A stretch of DNA of 64,000 bases from the IMG/VR virus record IMGVR_UViG_3300027834_000005, positions 283,233 through 347,232 of that record, one strand, 5' to 3'. The translations under genes were made by a program, and so were the position numbers. Each line of letters starts with the position of its first letter. Positions within the stretch are counted from its first letter, which is position 1. Positions 17,233 through 26,202 of the stretch are shown in pieces. Under the pieces are notes generated by a model. The model had not been told where the DNA came from. It did no database searches and saw only the letters and a program-made list of their open reading frames with translations.

Positions 17233-17261
17233 TTGACGGTAAGTGTAAAAGATTATATAGT
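17233..17261 (+). promoter_or_regulatory. sigma70 promoter
   Basis: TTGACG-17 bp-TATAGT. Confidence 0.6.
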
Positions 17262-17296
17262 GAACTCATCAAATACATATCCCAACGGAGAAACAC

Positions 17297-17875
17297 ATGA
17301 AGCAATCAACAAAAACAACGCTAGCTATCGTAGTAACAGTATTGGTCTTAGTATTAGGTCCTATCATTGCATTTGGCGTAGCGTATATCGGGCATAAAGA
17401 TACTGCAGTGGCAACTGAAGAAGGTATTGTAGGTCAATACAAGGCGGACGAGAACACATTGGCCCAGATGTCATTGAAAGTAGTGGAAATGATGCAGGTA
17501 GCTAACTCACATACCGATGATATGGTGAAGTTAATTTCCGCAGCTATGAAAGGTAAGTATGGTGATGACGGAGCAACGGCTAAGATGTTATGGTCGAATG
17601 AATCTACGCAGACTATTGATCCTTCTCTGAAGAAAGAAGTAATGCGTGCCATTAAAGGCGGACGTACTAACTTCGAGCAGATGCAGAATAACAGAATTGA
17701 CATGTGTCGAGCGTATAAGACGACATTAAGACAGACAGTTAGTGGTTTCTTCTTATCACTGGCTAAGTTCCCCGAAATTGACTTGGCAACGTACTGTGAA
17801 ATTGTAAGTTCATCTCATGCTCGTGAAGCTTTCGAGACGAAGATTGACAAAGGTTTAGATCTTAAGAACCTATAG
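17297..17875 (+). CDS. LemA-like membrane-anchored helical protein
   Basis: N-terminal TM then amphipathic helices; GKYG..GA, GRTNFEQMQ..RID..RAY, GFFL..AKFP pattern. Confidence 0.55.
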   Translation: MKQSTKTTLAIVVTVLVLVLGPIIAFGVAYIGHKDTAVATEEGIVGQYKADENTLAQMSLKVVEMMQVANSHTDDMVKLISAAMKGKYGDDGATAKMLWSNESTQTIDPSLKKEVMRAIKGGRTNFEQMQNNRIDMCRAYKTTLRQTVSGFFLSLAKFPEIDLATYCEIVSSSHAREAFETKIDKGLDLKNL

Positions 17876-17891
17876 CACTTACTTTATGAAC

Positions 17892-17915
17892 AAAAACCGC
17901 CTAGTGCGGTTTTTT
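17892..17915 (+). terminator. Intrinsic (bidirectional-type) terminator
   Basis: AAAAACCGC-CTAGT-GCGGTTTTTT. Confidence 0.8.
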
Positions 17916-17931
17916 ACGTGGAGAACAAAGA

Positions 17932-18426
17932 ATGAGATCTATAATCGTACTGTCCACATGGTGGGGCGGTAAAAAAATAGAAATGAAATGTAAATCGGTA
18001 GATATGGTTGGTATTGATGCGGATTACGTAGCCGCAGGATTACAGATTGATGTTGAAAATGATGGAAAAATGAGACATGGGAAAACTTTCGTACTGAAGG
18101 TGAGAAATATCGAAGAGGTAGATGGTGAGAACATAGACGACTTCGAGAATACATTACGAGGCCTGAAAAAATACGCCATGGTCTTGCATTCATTCAGGTC
18201 ATATGAGAAAGAAGATTTCATTTGTAAGGAAGTGTATGCCAAAGACGATAGAGATGCTGAAAATCAGACGTCGTATTGGTTAATAAATGAGGAATACGAT
18301 AGCGGATGCTGGGTTGAAATAGAAACCAATGAAACTATAACCAAAAAACCGGAACGTATTCACCAGACATCTAAAAGTTATGTTCCTTGTTGGTGGTGCA
18401 AGCTTAAATCCTTTATATTTGGATAA
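17932..18426 (+). CDS. Hypothetical protein
   Basis: SD GGAG; 164 aa. Confidence 0.55.
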   Translation: MRSIIVLSTWWGGKKIEMKCKSVDMVGIDADYVAAGLQIDVENDGKMRHGKTFVLKVRNIEEVDGENIDDFENTLRGLKKYAMVLHSFRSYEKEDFICKEVYAKDDRDAENQTSYWLINEEYDSGCWVEIETNETITKKPERIHQTSKSYVPCWWCKLKSFIFG

Positions 18427-18429
18427 GTC

Positions 18430-18458
18430 TTTACAAAAAAGTCGTGGTGTGGTAAAAT
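18430..18458 (+). promoter_or_regulatory. sigma70 promoter
   Basis: TTTACA-17 bp-TAAAAT. Confidence 0.6.
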
Positions 18459-18492
18459 ACGCACCATAAAACATACCTAGAGCTTATTTATT

Positions 18493-18657
18493 ATGGAAGA
18501 AGACGTTATTGCAGAGTTAGAACGACATAAAAAGTTCATAGCTGGAATGTATGAAATATTATCTGCCGAAGGATACTTCGGTATAGCTACTCAGTGCGAA
18601 GAGCTTACTGAGAGCACAGAAAACTTAATTGAAAGACTAAAAAATGATAAACTTTGA
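18493..18657 (+). CDS. 54-aa acidic hypothetical protein
   Basis: Open frame MEEDVIAELERHKK...NDKL downstream of the promoter, overlapping the next start. Confidence 0.45.
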   Translation: MEEDVIAELERHKKFIAGMYEILSAEGYFGIATQCEELTESTENLIERLKNDKL

Positions 18658-19390
18658 TAATGTAACAATAGTTAATACCGAAACAACTGGACTTGACTTC
18701 AAACAAGACCAAGTCATAGCATTATGCGTAGGATATAAGTCATCCACTGGTAAGTGGGATAATATGACATCTTATTGTAAAGCTGATGTTCCTATTACGC
18801 CAGAAATTTCATACCTACATGACATTACTGAAAGTATGTTAGGCGATAAGAGACTTCATGAGTTAGATGGCGTTATACCTGACGTGAATGAATACGTTGT
18901 AATGTGTAATTCAACTTTTCATGCAGGCATGATTAACGGTAATGGCAGTAAAATGTTATCCGGTAAAAAATTGATATGCGTTAGTAGAATAAGTAAGAAG
19001 CTTGATGCGTTAGGTTTGGGCATGACTAATTATAAATTGCCATACTTGAATCATTTCTTCGGGGCGAACATAAAAAGAAATGATTATGAAACCGACACTG
19101 CTATGCATAACGCCATCATAGGTAAAGTGTTCGAGAAGCAAGTAGAAATGATGAAGGCTTTAGGGCAGATTCATGAATATAATCTTGAAGAGATCTATGA
19201 GTGGTTAGAAGCGCCTATTATATATGAAAATATGACGTTTGGTAAACATGTCGGTAAGCCTATGGTAGAAATACCTATTACTTACTGGACGTGGGCCTTA
19301 AGCAACATGGATTCATTGCAGGAAGATGGCGATAAGTACGATTCTGACTTAGCTGCCTCTGTGGCTGCCGCTTTAGATAAGATTCTATAG
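18644..19390 (+). CDS. Exonuclease X-like DEDDh-fold protein with degenerate active site
   Basis: NTETTG, LHDITESML, ICVSRI and C-terminal MTFGKHVGKPMVEIPITYWTW align with ExoX; catalytic Asp positions substituted. Confidence 0.75.
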   Translation: MINFDNVTIVNTETTGLDFKQDQVIALCVGYKSSTGKWDNMTSYCKADVPITPEISYLHDITESMLGDKRLHELDGVIPDVNEYVVMCNSTFHAGMINGNGSKMLSGKKLICVSRISKKLDALGLGMTNYKLPYLNHFFGANIKRNDYETDTAMHNAIIGKVFEKQVEMMKALGQIHEYNLEEIYEWLEAPIIYENMTFGKHVGKPMVEIPITYWTWALSNMDSLQEDGDKYDSDLAASVAAALDKIL

Positions 19391-19729
19391 CGGAGTAGGA
19401 ACATCTGGGGTATCTTGGACGAAATAGTCAGGGTCGAATCGTTGGTATTTGTCATGTGGCATACCAGCATTAGCTTTAGCCTCTTCTCTTCCTCGATATC
19501 CAGCAGATTGCATATCACCTACGACTGGAGTAGAGGTCCAATCCTCTTCTTCGTTATCAACATCATCCGTGACTACGGGCGTGCCCCCTTTATTATCTTT
19601 GGCTTTCTTTTTAGCCTTAGATTCCTCTTCTTCTTTATAAGAAGATGATTCAGGGTTCAACTCAGCATCCAATTCATTGGTGGCTGAAAAGTATTTGTCG
19701 TTTGTCTCGAAAAGTTCTATAAGTCTCAT
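19385..19729 (-). CDS. Acidic/basic low-complexity late protein (MRLIELFE...)
   Basis: ATG 19729 lies 5 nt after a GATAAATA motif; track start 19936 overlaps a plus-strand gene and is rejected. Confidence 0.65.
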   Translation of the reverse strand: MRLIELFETNDKYFSATNELDAELNPESSSYKEEEESKAKKKAKDNKGGTPVVTDDVDNEEEDWTSTPVVGDMQSAGYRGREEAKANAGMPHDKYQRFDPDYFVQDTPDVPTPL

Positions 19730-19734
19730 GCTAT

Positions 19735-19742
19735 TATTTATC
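19735..19742 (-). promoter_or_regulatory. T4-like late promoter motif
   Basis: GATAAATA on the minus strand. Confidence 0.55.
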
Positions 19743-19749
19743 AAAAACA

Positions 19750-19778
19750 TTGACCTTATGTGGTCTTTGTAGTATAAT
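19750..19778 (+). promoter_or_regulatory. sigma70 promoter (divergent from the late promoter)
   Basis: TTGACC-17 bp-TATAAT. Confidence 0.7.
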
Positions 19779-19801
19779 ACACGCATTAAAGGAGAGCCAC
19801 A

Positions 19802-20008
19802 ATGAAGAAAGATTATAAAATCAGTGACATCAGCCAAATAACCCGATATAATGGGTTCACTGAGATGCTCTTGCAAGAAGATTACAAGAAATTCAAAGAA
19901 GGTCAGTACTCTAGTGCCGTGTATGTTGCAGAACAAAAGCAGTTCTATGTGTATGGCGAGTTAACCTTCGAAAAAGTTAACGTAGATGAGAATCCATTCA
20001 ATGATTAA
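19802..20008 (+). CDS. Hypothetical protein
   Basis: SD AGGAG. Confidence 0.6.
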   Translation: MKKDYKISDISQITRYNGFTEMLLQEDYKKFKEGQYSSAVYVAEQKQFYVYGELTFEKVNVDENPFND

Positions 20009-20288
20009 CGTAAACGGCATTGTAACCAACACAGACGCTATCGCTATAGACCCTTTGGAAGTATTTGTGCTCCTAACTATTAAAGCTTTAGTAGTAATCG
20101 ACACTGAAAAGTTCGATGGTGCAGATAGTGTCGGTCTGGATATGAAAACAGACGAAGTTGTAGTTATTAAAGGTACAGGCGTTACACGTTATGGGCCTGA
20201 TGATTTTGAATGTGAGTCTTATGATCGCATTGCCAACTTGTTAATCGGTAAACTTGAATTTTTAGAAGTAGCAAAAAATATTAGATGA
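20001..20288 (+). CDS. Hypothetical protein
   Basis: Overlaps the upstream stop by 8 nt. Confidence 0.5.
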   Translation: MINVNGIVTNTDAIAIDPLEVFVLLTIKALVVIDTEKFDGADSVGLDMKTDEVVVIKGTGVTRYGPDDFECESYDRIANLLIGKLEFLEVAKNIR

Positions 20289-20293
20289 TTATG

Positions 20294-20322
20294 TTGACAC
20301 CAATATAAAAATCGAATAGAAT
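20294..20322 (+). promoter_or_regulatory. sigma70 promoter upstream of clpP
   Basis: TTGACA-17 bp-TAGAAT. Confidence 0.7.
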
Positions 20323-20359
20323 TACAACTCAATACTTTCACTGACAAAAGAGAAAAAAC

Positions 20360-21004
20360 ATGAATACTCCATTATCTAGCTTAGTACCTATGGTCGTTGA
20401 ACAAACCCCTAACGGCGAACGCTCTTACGATATCTTCTCACGTTTACTTAAAGAACGTATCATCTACGTAAGTGGTGAAGTCCATGACGGTATGGCTGAT
20501 ATTGTTACTGCGCAAATGATGTTCCTTGAAGCGGAAAATCCTGAAAGCGATATCAATATGTACATCAATTCTCCTGGTGGTTCTGTTACTGCTGGCTTAG
20601 CCATCTATAACACCGCTCAATTTATCGAATGTGACGTGAAAACTATCGTTACTGGTCAAGCAGCATCAATGGGTAGCTTCTTAGCTCAATCAGGTACTGC
20701 CGGTAAGCGTTTTGTAATGGGCGAATCACGTACTATGATCCATCGTGTTAGTGCCGGTACAGCCAACACACAAGGTTCTATCCACGTTATGCGTGAAGAG
20801 TTGGAAGATATCAAACGTTCGGTTGAAGAAGGTGAGCGTTTGAACGAACGTTTGACTCAACTGTATGTTCAGCATAACTCTGTGGGTAAAACTTACGAAG
20901 AATTGTTCGAAACCATGCGTTACGACACGTTCTTATCAGCAGAAGATGCTGTTAAAGGCGGATTCGCTGACCGTGTAATCAGATCACGTGCCGACTTAAC
21001 CTAA
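20360..21004 (+). CDS. clpP: ATP-dependent Clp protease proteolytic subunit ClpP
   Basis: [34 protein letters not shown], triad GQAASMG (Ser), MIH (His), YDTFLSA (Asp). Confidence 0.96.
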   Translation: MNTPLSSLVPMVVEQTPNGERSYDIFSRLLKERIIYVSGEVHDGMADIVTAQMMFLEAENPESDINMYINSPGGSVTAGLAIYNTAQFIECDVKTIVTGQAASMGSFLAQSGTAGKRFVMGESRTMIHRVSAGTANTQGSIHVMREELEDIKRSVEEGERLNERLTQLYVQHNSVGKTYEELFETMRYDTFLSAEDAVKGGFADRVIRSRADLT

Positions 21005-21014
21005 GTCTGTGCAT

Positions 21015-21041
21015 AGGGGTGGCACAGGAGTGCTGCCCTTT
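21015..21041 (+). terminator. Probable intrinsic terminator after clpP
   Basis: AGGGGTGGCAC-AGGA-GTGCTGCCCT stem (with G-U pairs) followed by TTTAT. Confidence 0.55.
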
Positions 21042-21064
21042 ATAATTTATATCAAGGAAGAAAA

Positions 21065-21475
21065 ATGAAAGACCAGAATATTTTAAAGAACTACACACAT
21101 TTTGTTGACACACTTACTAGTGATGAAAGCACTAAATTTGAATCCTATATCGCACGTTTGACTCAATTGAATGAGCAAGGCTGTGATATTGCTAGATTGG
21201 ACACAGCATCTCAAGGTATGTCGGCGGAAGCAGGCGAATTTGAAGAAGTTGTTAAGAAAATCAAGTATCAGGGTAAAGAATACAACGAAGATAATATTTT
21301 CCACATGCAACGCGAGTTGGGTGATATCATTTTCTATTGGATCAACGCGTGTATGGCGTTAGATATCGATCCGATCAAAGTTATAGAGATGAATGTCGAA
21401 AAGCTGGAAAGCAGATACCCAAGTGGATCATTCGACGTACATTTCAGTGAGAACAGGAAGGACGGTGACGTGTGA
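21065..21475 (+). CDS. MazG-like NTP pyrophosphohydrolase
   Basis: AEAGEFEEVVKK, RELGDIIFYW, NVEKLESRYP. Confidence 0.88.
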   Translation: MKDQNILKNYTHFVDTLTSDESTKFESYIARLTQLNEQGCDIARLDTASQGMSAEAGEFEEVVKKIKYQGKEYNEDNIFHMQRELGDIIFYWINACMALDIDPIKVIEMNVEKLESRYPSGSFDVHFSENRKDGDV

Positions 21476-21807
21476 GCGTAGTATTAATAACAACCACGGG
21501 CGAAGCTTTGCCCTTGGTATGTGTATCGAATATCTACGAGCGTGACCAAGAAACAGAAAGTTTTTTAGAGTTTAAATTGTCATGTAGTCTTTTTATGGAA
21601 GGCGATAATTACTTAACAGTTAAAACTATCCACGGTGAATACGCACAGATAGATGTTAGAGACATGCATAACAGTAGAGTTCTATCCCCTCTTGGGCTGA
21701 TAGGTTCTGAGTACATGTATGACGGAACTCTAAAGAATAATCTGTATTGTATGTGGGCAACACTCATAGAACAAGGTATTATACATACCAAACCAACCAA
21801 AGACTGA
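21472..21807 (+). CDS. Hypothetical protein
   Basis: GTGA overlap with the upstream stop. Confidence 0.5.
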   Translation: MSVVLITTTGEALPLVCVSNIYERDQETESFLEFKLSCSLFMEGDNYLTVKTIHGEYAQIDVRDMHNSRVLSPLGLIGSEYMYDGTLKNNLYCMWATLIEQGIIHTKPTKD

Positions 21808-21818
21808 CGGAGAATACC

Positions 21819-22058
21819 ATGAGTAATTCATTAGGCGGCGAACCAGTTACAAGACGTTTCGAAAAAAAATGGAACGAATTCATTGATGACTTTTGTTATC
21901 GTGAACTTGGTAATAAAGGTGCCAATATCATGACGCCAGAAGACTTCATGTTCTTGAAGTTATCTTCGACTGATGAAATTGTCGTGGAAAACGACGGAGT
22001 AAAACCACCTGACGGTTATGAAATCGGTAGTGATGGATATGCCAAGCGTACTTGGTAA
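21819..22058 (+). CDS. Hypothetical protein
   Basis: SD GGAG before ATG 21819. Confidence 0.55.
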   Translation: MSNSLGGEPVTRRFEKKWNEFIDDFCYRELGNKGANIMTPEDFMFLKLSSTDEIVVENDGVKPPDGYEIGSDGYAKRTW

Positions 22059-23010
22059 AAACTTAGTAACGGAAATAATGCAAATGGGTAACTATTCGTG
22101 GTGGGCCGAAAACAATGGCGGTCAGTATGGAAGTAAAAATAAAACTAGAGCTGAATTGATACGTGACTTGGCGCAAAGAACAAAGCAAAAAGAACGTATC
22201 AATATAGTAGAGGCTGCCATCAAAAAAGGCACGTTATTTGACGTGTGTAATGTGGACTCTATGAATGACCAAGACCTTATTGGTCTTATTGATGCCGGTA
22301 TCATAGATTACACTGTTCTGTCTAACCGTAAAGGTTACATGTCTAGGCATGTAAGGATAGGCCTGTTTGCAGCTAAGCCAAATAACGAAACATATAAGTT
22401 GATATCAGATCGTATTCCTAGTAAGGATGAATATGGTGTCCTTGTTAGAGGGAAAGCTGGATTCAAACTTAAGAAGTATGGACTTTCAGACACTCTTAAG
22501 CTTCATTGTTATGATTGGGGCGAATATGTGTCTAAAGGTAGAAAATCTACTGATGAAAGACTCGCTGAGTTTAAATCTGTATTCCATACCTTTAGGAATA
22601 AGTCAGATGTTAGGGCTATGTTATTCAATACGCCTTTATTAATGTCTGTCCTTGATACGTCTGACTACCAACGTAGTCCTTTAACTGCCAAGGAGCTATG
22701 CTCGTTCATTAACCGTGACTTGAAACGTGCAGATAGAAAAGATGTGATAACTCGTGATCTTTATGAATGGTTAGAGCAAGAGATATTCATGGAAACGTTG
22801 AGTGGGAAGTCTAAAGTGTCTAAGCCTATGCAGAAGAATCTCGATGAGCTTCTAGAAATATTGGAAGAGAAGGAAGATCCTAACTACGGTATGGAATCTG
22901 AAGGTGAATCCGCAGTGATTGAATATCAAGATCATGATAGTGATGATATTGATGCGATGGTTGAAATATTAGCTGCTCACCACGAAGATAAAGGCTACGT
23001 GAAAAAATAA
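22033..23010 (+). CDS. Hypothetical protein with acidic tail (start uncertain)
   Basis: Long open frame of about 325 aa. Confidence 0.6.
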   Translation: MDMPSVLGKNLVTEIMQMGNYSWWAENNGGQYGSKNKTRAELIRDLAQRTKQKERINIVEAAIKKGTLFDVCNVDSMNDQDLIGLIDAGIIDYTVLSNRKGYMSRHVRIGLFAAKPNNETYKLISDRIPSKDEYGVLVRGKAGFKLKKYGLSDTLKLHCYDWGEYVSKGRKSTDERLAEFKSVFHTFRNKSDVRAMLFNTPLLMSVLDTSDYQRSPLTAKELCSFINRDLKRADRKDVITRDLYEWLEQEIFMETLSGKSKVSKPMQKNLDELLEILEEKEDPNYGMESEGESAVIEYQDHDSDDIDAMVEILAAHHEDKGYVKK

Positions 23011-23012
23011 TA

Positions 23013-23041
23013 TTGACCGTGAATGTAATTGTTGGTATTAT
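23013..23041 (+). promoter_or_regulatory. sigma70 promoter
   Basis: TTGACC-17 bp-TATTAT. Confidence 0.65.
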
Positions 23042-23064
23042 TTAAAAAAGTGGAGAATGATGTT

Positions 23065-23400
23065 ATGGCTAAGAAGAAAAAATTAATGATGGATCAGTAC
23101 ATATCAGGCAAAGACTATCGTATGTTCATAGTTAAGTGTGATGATATTGCTGAAGTAAAGAAAGTTGTGCGTTGGTCTCGTAAGGGTTGCATAGGAACAT
23201 TCTGTACATCTCAAATTCTTTCTGAAAAACAGACATTTCACTCTCGTATGAGCGGAGCTAAATCTGAATTTTATGCATATGTTGGTTTTACCAATGACGA
23301 TGATTCTATGGCAATGCAGCTATCTTTTGATATGGCCAAAGAAGTTCCTATGTGGCCATCCACCACACGATTTAGTGTGTATGTGATGTCAGATGATTGA
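23065..23400 (+). CDS. Hypothetical protein
   Basis: SD GGAG; in-frame ATG 23065 lies downstream of the promoter. Confidence 0.55.
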   Translation: MAKKKKLMMDQYISGKDYRMFIVKCDDIAEVKKVVRWSRKGCIGTFCTSQILSEKQTFHSRMSGAKSEFYAYVGFTNDDDSMAMQLSFDMAKEVPMWPSTTRFSVYVMSDD

Positions 23401-23710
23401 TCAACCTTACTCTGAATTAGAATGGCCATTATGCGGTAAAAAAATCGACATAGGTGGTCCAGACGGTAACGTTTTCTTCCTTATAGGTAAGGTGTCTGGC
23501 GCTATACGAAGTGTTTACGGTAATGATGATGCCGAAGCTTACTCTGAAGGTGCTCACGGTAGAACTTTCAAGGCTATGGGATTTACCGATTGGACTTATG
23601 AAGACGTTCTCAAGTATACCATAGACTCCACTGGTATCGAACTCACCGCTGATAGAGATATTGGCATTAATGAAATACTATATACCATTACTAGGAATGA
23701 TTACCTATGA
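23393..23710 (+). CDS. Conserved-type phage hypothetical protein
   Basis: IDIGGPDGNVFFLIG resembles the ID..GPDGNAF motif of T4-like phage proteins. Confidence 0.6.
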   Translation: MIDQPYSELEWPLCGKKIDIGGPDGNVFFLIGKVSGAIRSVYGNDDAEAYSEGAHGRTFKAMGFTDWTYEDVLKYTIDSTGIELTADRDIGINEILYTITRNDYL

Positions 23711-24039
23711 ATACTGACGAACCTTATAGCCTTAGTGTCCAAAAGCGTCGTGTATTCGGCGTAACTATGAAACTGAACCTGTATATGTTGGTTCAGGGTC
23801 TTTTGGGTCTTATATCATTCACGATGTTCAAGCGTTGTTTGACGACTGGTCCTTCTCAGGAACTAGCAAGAGAACGTGCTATTCTCAGAACTATGAATAT
23901 TGATGATAAAGATAAATCTGAAGAGTCACGTCAACGTGCACGTGTGCTAAAAATGGATGATGAAGAGAAGAGTGATGAATTCCTTCGTATGATGTACGGT
24001 GACGACTACGAAAAGATTCTGGAGACACAGGAGGGGTAG
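23707..24039 (+). CDS. Hypothetical membrane protein
   Basis: One TM segment then a charged tail; ATGA coupling. Confidence 0.55.
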   Translation: MNTDEPYSLSVQKRRVFGVTMKLNLYMLVQGLLGLISFTMFKRCLTTGPSQELARERAILRTMNIDDKDKSEESRQRARVLKMDDEEKSDEFLRMMYGDDYEKILETQEG

Positions 24040-24040
24040 T

Positions 24041-24178
24041 GTGATCATAACTTTCATAAATATAGTAATAAGCGCAGAGAAGTCTGTGAAACGTGAGAAT
24101 TTGCTAAGATGGGCGGCTATTGATATGTCTCTCATCTGCATTGCTATGGGAGCATTCATGTTATTGACTTATACATAA
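24041..24178 (+). CDS. 45-aa hydrophobic micro-protein
   Basis: GTG start after GGAGGGG; open 46 codons filling the gap. Confidence 0.4.
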   Translation: MIITFINIVISAEKSVKRENLLRWAAIDMSLICIAMGAFMLLTYT

Positions 24179-24182
24179 GGAA

Positions 24183-24497
24183 ATGTATATGTATGATCTA
24201 ATAGATCCTAAAGATTTAAGTGATGAGGAACTCATGGCGAAGTTACTGAAGAGTAACCAGATGCTAATGAATTACCGAGGCACGCAATTCCAAGGAATGG
24301 TGGATAGTCTTGAATCATTGATTGGCGTACTAGGCGAAGAAGCTGAATATCGTCAACAAATGAAACAAGAAGAAGCCAATAAAGAACGCGAAAAGCAGAG
24401 TGCTGGTCGCTATGGCAGAAAGAAAAAATCCAAGAAGAAAAAACCAAATCCCAACGTTGTGGCTACTCTTGGTCATATCAAAGGCGTTGATGATTGA
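24183..24497 (+). CDS. Hypothetical helical protein with basic tail
   Basis: DLSDEELMAKL...; Lys-rich C-terminus. Confidence 0.6.
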   Translation: MYMYDLIDPKDLSDEELMAKLLKSNQMLMNYRGTQFQGMVDSLESLIGVLGEEAEYRQQMKQEEANKEREKQSAGRYGRKKKSKKKKPNPNVVATLGHIKGVDD

Positions 24498-25236
24498 GGA
24501 ATCTATGATAGACGAAAATATTCACGTGTATAACACGATTGAACACAATTTCAGCGGCATCAGGTCGTTCGACAGACACATGTACCCAGTTAATTGGGAA
24601 CTAGTCATAAAACTCGCCGGTAAGGCACAAGAAGGCATCTCCGAAGAAGACAAAGAAGCCCAAATGAGGGATATAACAGTATCCTATCAACGCGTAAAGT
24701 GGTGGTTGCAAAACTTCATGATGGATATCTTTGCATGTGGATCTACAGACGTACCTACACTCGAAGCATTTTTTACTGGTGACTTCGACAATGTATTTGT
24801 GTCTACTCCCCAAGAACCAACTGACAGCATACTTAGTGAAGCCTTATTCAAGAAAGTATCGGTATTGTCTGGTGATAACATAGAGGTGCTTCAAGTATCC
24901 CTTAAATCAACAGATTTTGAATCTACCTTTTACTTCAGTGATAAAGCTGGCTATCAGATTAACATGGACAATAGCGTGTTTGAAGGTAAGTCTCTATATA
25001 CAGAGCCTTGGTGGGCAAGATATGACTGTGATACGTGGGAACCAATGCACGTAGAAGGTATGTCTAATGATGACTTGCTTGAGAGCTTAGAGACTGCTTC
25101 GGATCTAAACCAAATCACCAAATTAATCCATGACACTACCTACGGTGCTGCCGAGGAAGGTGAGATAGAGGTCCCTGACAAACTAACATCTACTATTGCT
25201 ATGGCGGACTTGAAATGGAAACCAACGAAAACTTAG
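24490..25236 (+). CDS. Acidic hypothetical protein
   Basis: ATG 24490 overlaps the upstream stop region; long ORF. Confidence 0.6.
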   Translation: MIEESMIDENIHVYNTIEHNFSGIRSFDRHMYPVNWELVIKLAGKAQEGISEEDKEAQMRDITVSYQRVKWWLQNFMMDIFACGSTDVPTLEAFFTGDFDNVFVSTPQEPTDSILSEALFKKVSVLSGDNIEVLQVSLKSTDFESTFYFSDKAGYQINMDNSVFEGKSLYTEPWWARYDCDTWEPMHVEGMSNDDLLESLETASDLNQITKLIHDTTYGAAEEGEIEVPDKLTSTIAMADLKWKPTKT

Positions 25237-25742
25237 ATGAATATGGAAGGTACTTACTGAGTAGTAACGACGCGGTTGAGTTGATGCTACACGGTAAAGA
25301 TGTTTCAGGTTGTTTTTTCCTTGACGAACAGGACGTATTAATGTATAATACGAACTGTAGTCAGGTTTTAGGTGAAACTGGACTTAATATCTACGAGAAG
25401 AATGAAACATCCTTTGAGGACTTTCATGCTGAGCAAGTCAATAAGTGGAATATCCCTTGGGAGTACCAAATACTTGATATCAAACATCATATAATGAATT
25501 TATGTGATGGTCAAGAAGAAATTGACAGAGTTACTCATGAGATGGAGCTATTTGAGAAATTTAATTTACTTAATATGCTTAGGTTCATGAAATACTTCGT
25601 AGATACCATGAGAAAAGAAAGAACAGTGTGGGGCGTCGGACGTGGCTCTAGTGTATCCGTTTATACTTTGTATTTAATGGGCGTGCATAGGGTTGACAGT
25701 ATCAAGTACAACTTAGACTGTAAAGAATTTTTTAAGGAATAG
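25215..25742 (+). CDS. Stand-alone fragment homologous to DNA polymerase III alpha (DnaE)
   Basis: RVTHEMELF...MKYFVD...VWGVGRGSSVSVYTLYLMGVHRVDSIKYNL matches DnaE GxGRGS..GS...Y.L.IT.VDP..Y.L; ends before PDxD. Confidence 0.75.
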   Translation: METNENLDEYGRYLLSSNDAVELMLHGKDVSGCFFLDEQDVLMYNTNCSQVLGETGLNIYEKNETSFEDFHAEQVNKWNIPWEYQILDIKHHIMNLCDGQEEIDRVTHEMELFEKFNLLNMLRFMKYFVDTMRKERTVWGVGRGSSVSVYTLYLMGVHRVDSIKYNLDCKEFFKE

Positions 25743-25768
25743 CAACACACTAAAACAAAGGAGTTTTT

Positions 25769-26161
25769 ATGAGCAACATAAGAAAAACGGCCAACGGAAG
25801 GCCTATTGATATGGAAGCGTTAGCAGCCAAACACAAAGATAAAGTAGCTTTGGGTAATATGGGTGTTAATGCCGGTGGTGATAAACTTGGTAAGGGCGGT
25901 GAAGTTGTTAAGACTTCCAGTGAACGCGTCAAAGATTACTACACTTCAAACCCTAATACCACAAGAAAAACAGTGAGTGTTAAAGGTACTGATGAAGTAG
26001 ACGTAAATCTTGAAGAAGATGCTAAAACAACCGTGAAAGCCAAGGCTAAGAAGAATGAGAAGAAGTCCAACCAAGGGAAAAAAGCGGTTATCGAGAAGGA
26101 ACTGCCAGATGGCTCGATTGAAGTCCTCGACCCAGAAAACGACGAAGGGAACGACCTCTAG
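25769..26161 (+). CDS. Conserved-type jumbo phage hypothetical protein
   Basis: TANGRPIDMEAL...ALGNMGVNAGGDKLGKGG; SD AGGAG. Confidence 0.6.
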   Translation: MSNIRKTANGRPIDMEALAAKHKDKVALGNMGVNAGGDKLGKGGEVVKTSSERVKDYYTSNPNTTRKTVSVKGTDEVDVNLEEDAKTTVKAKAKKNEKKSNQGKKAVIEKELPDGSIEVLDPENDEGNDL

Positions 26162-26202
26162 TACAGAGGTTGACCCAACACACATACAGAGCGTAGACAA
26201 AG

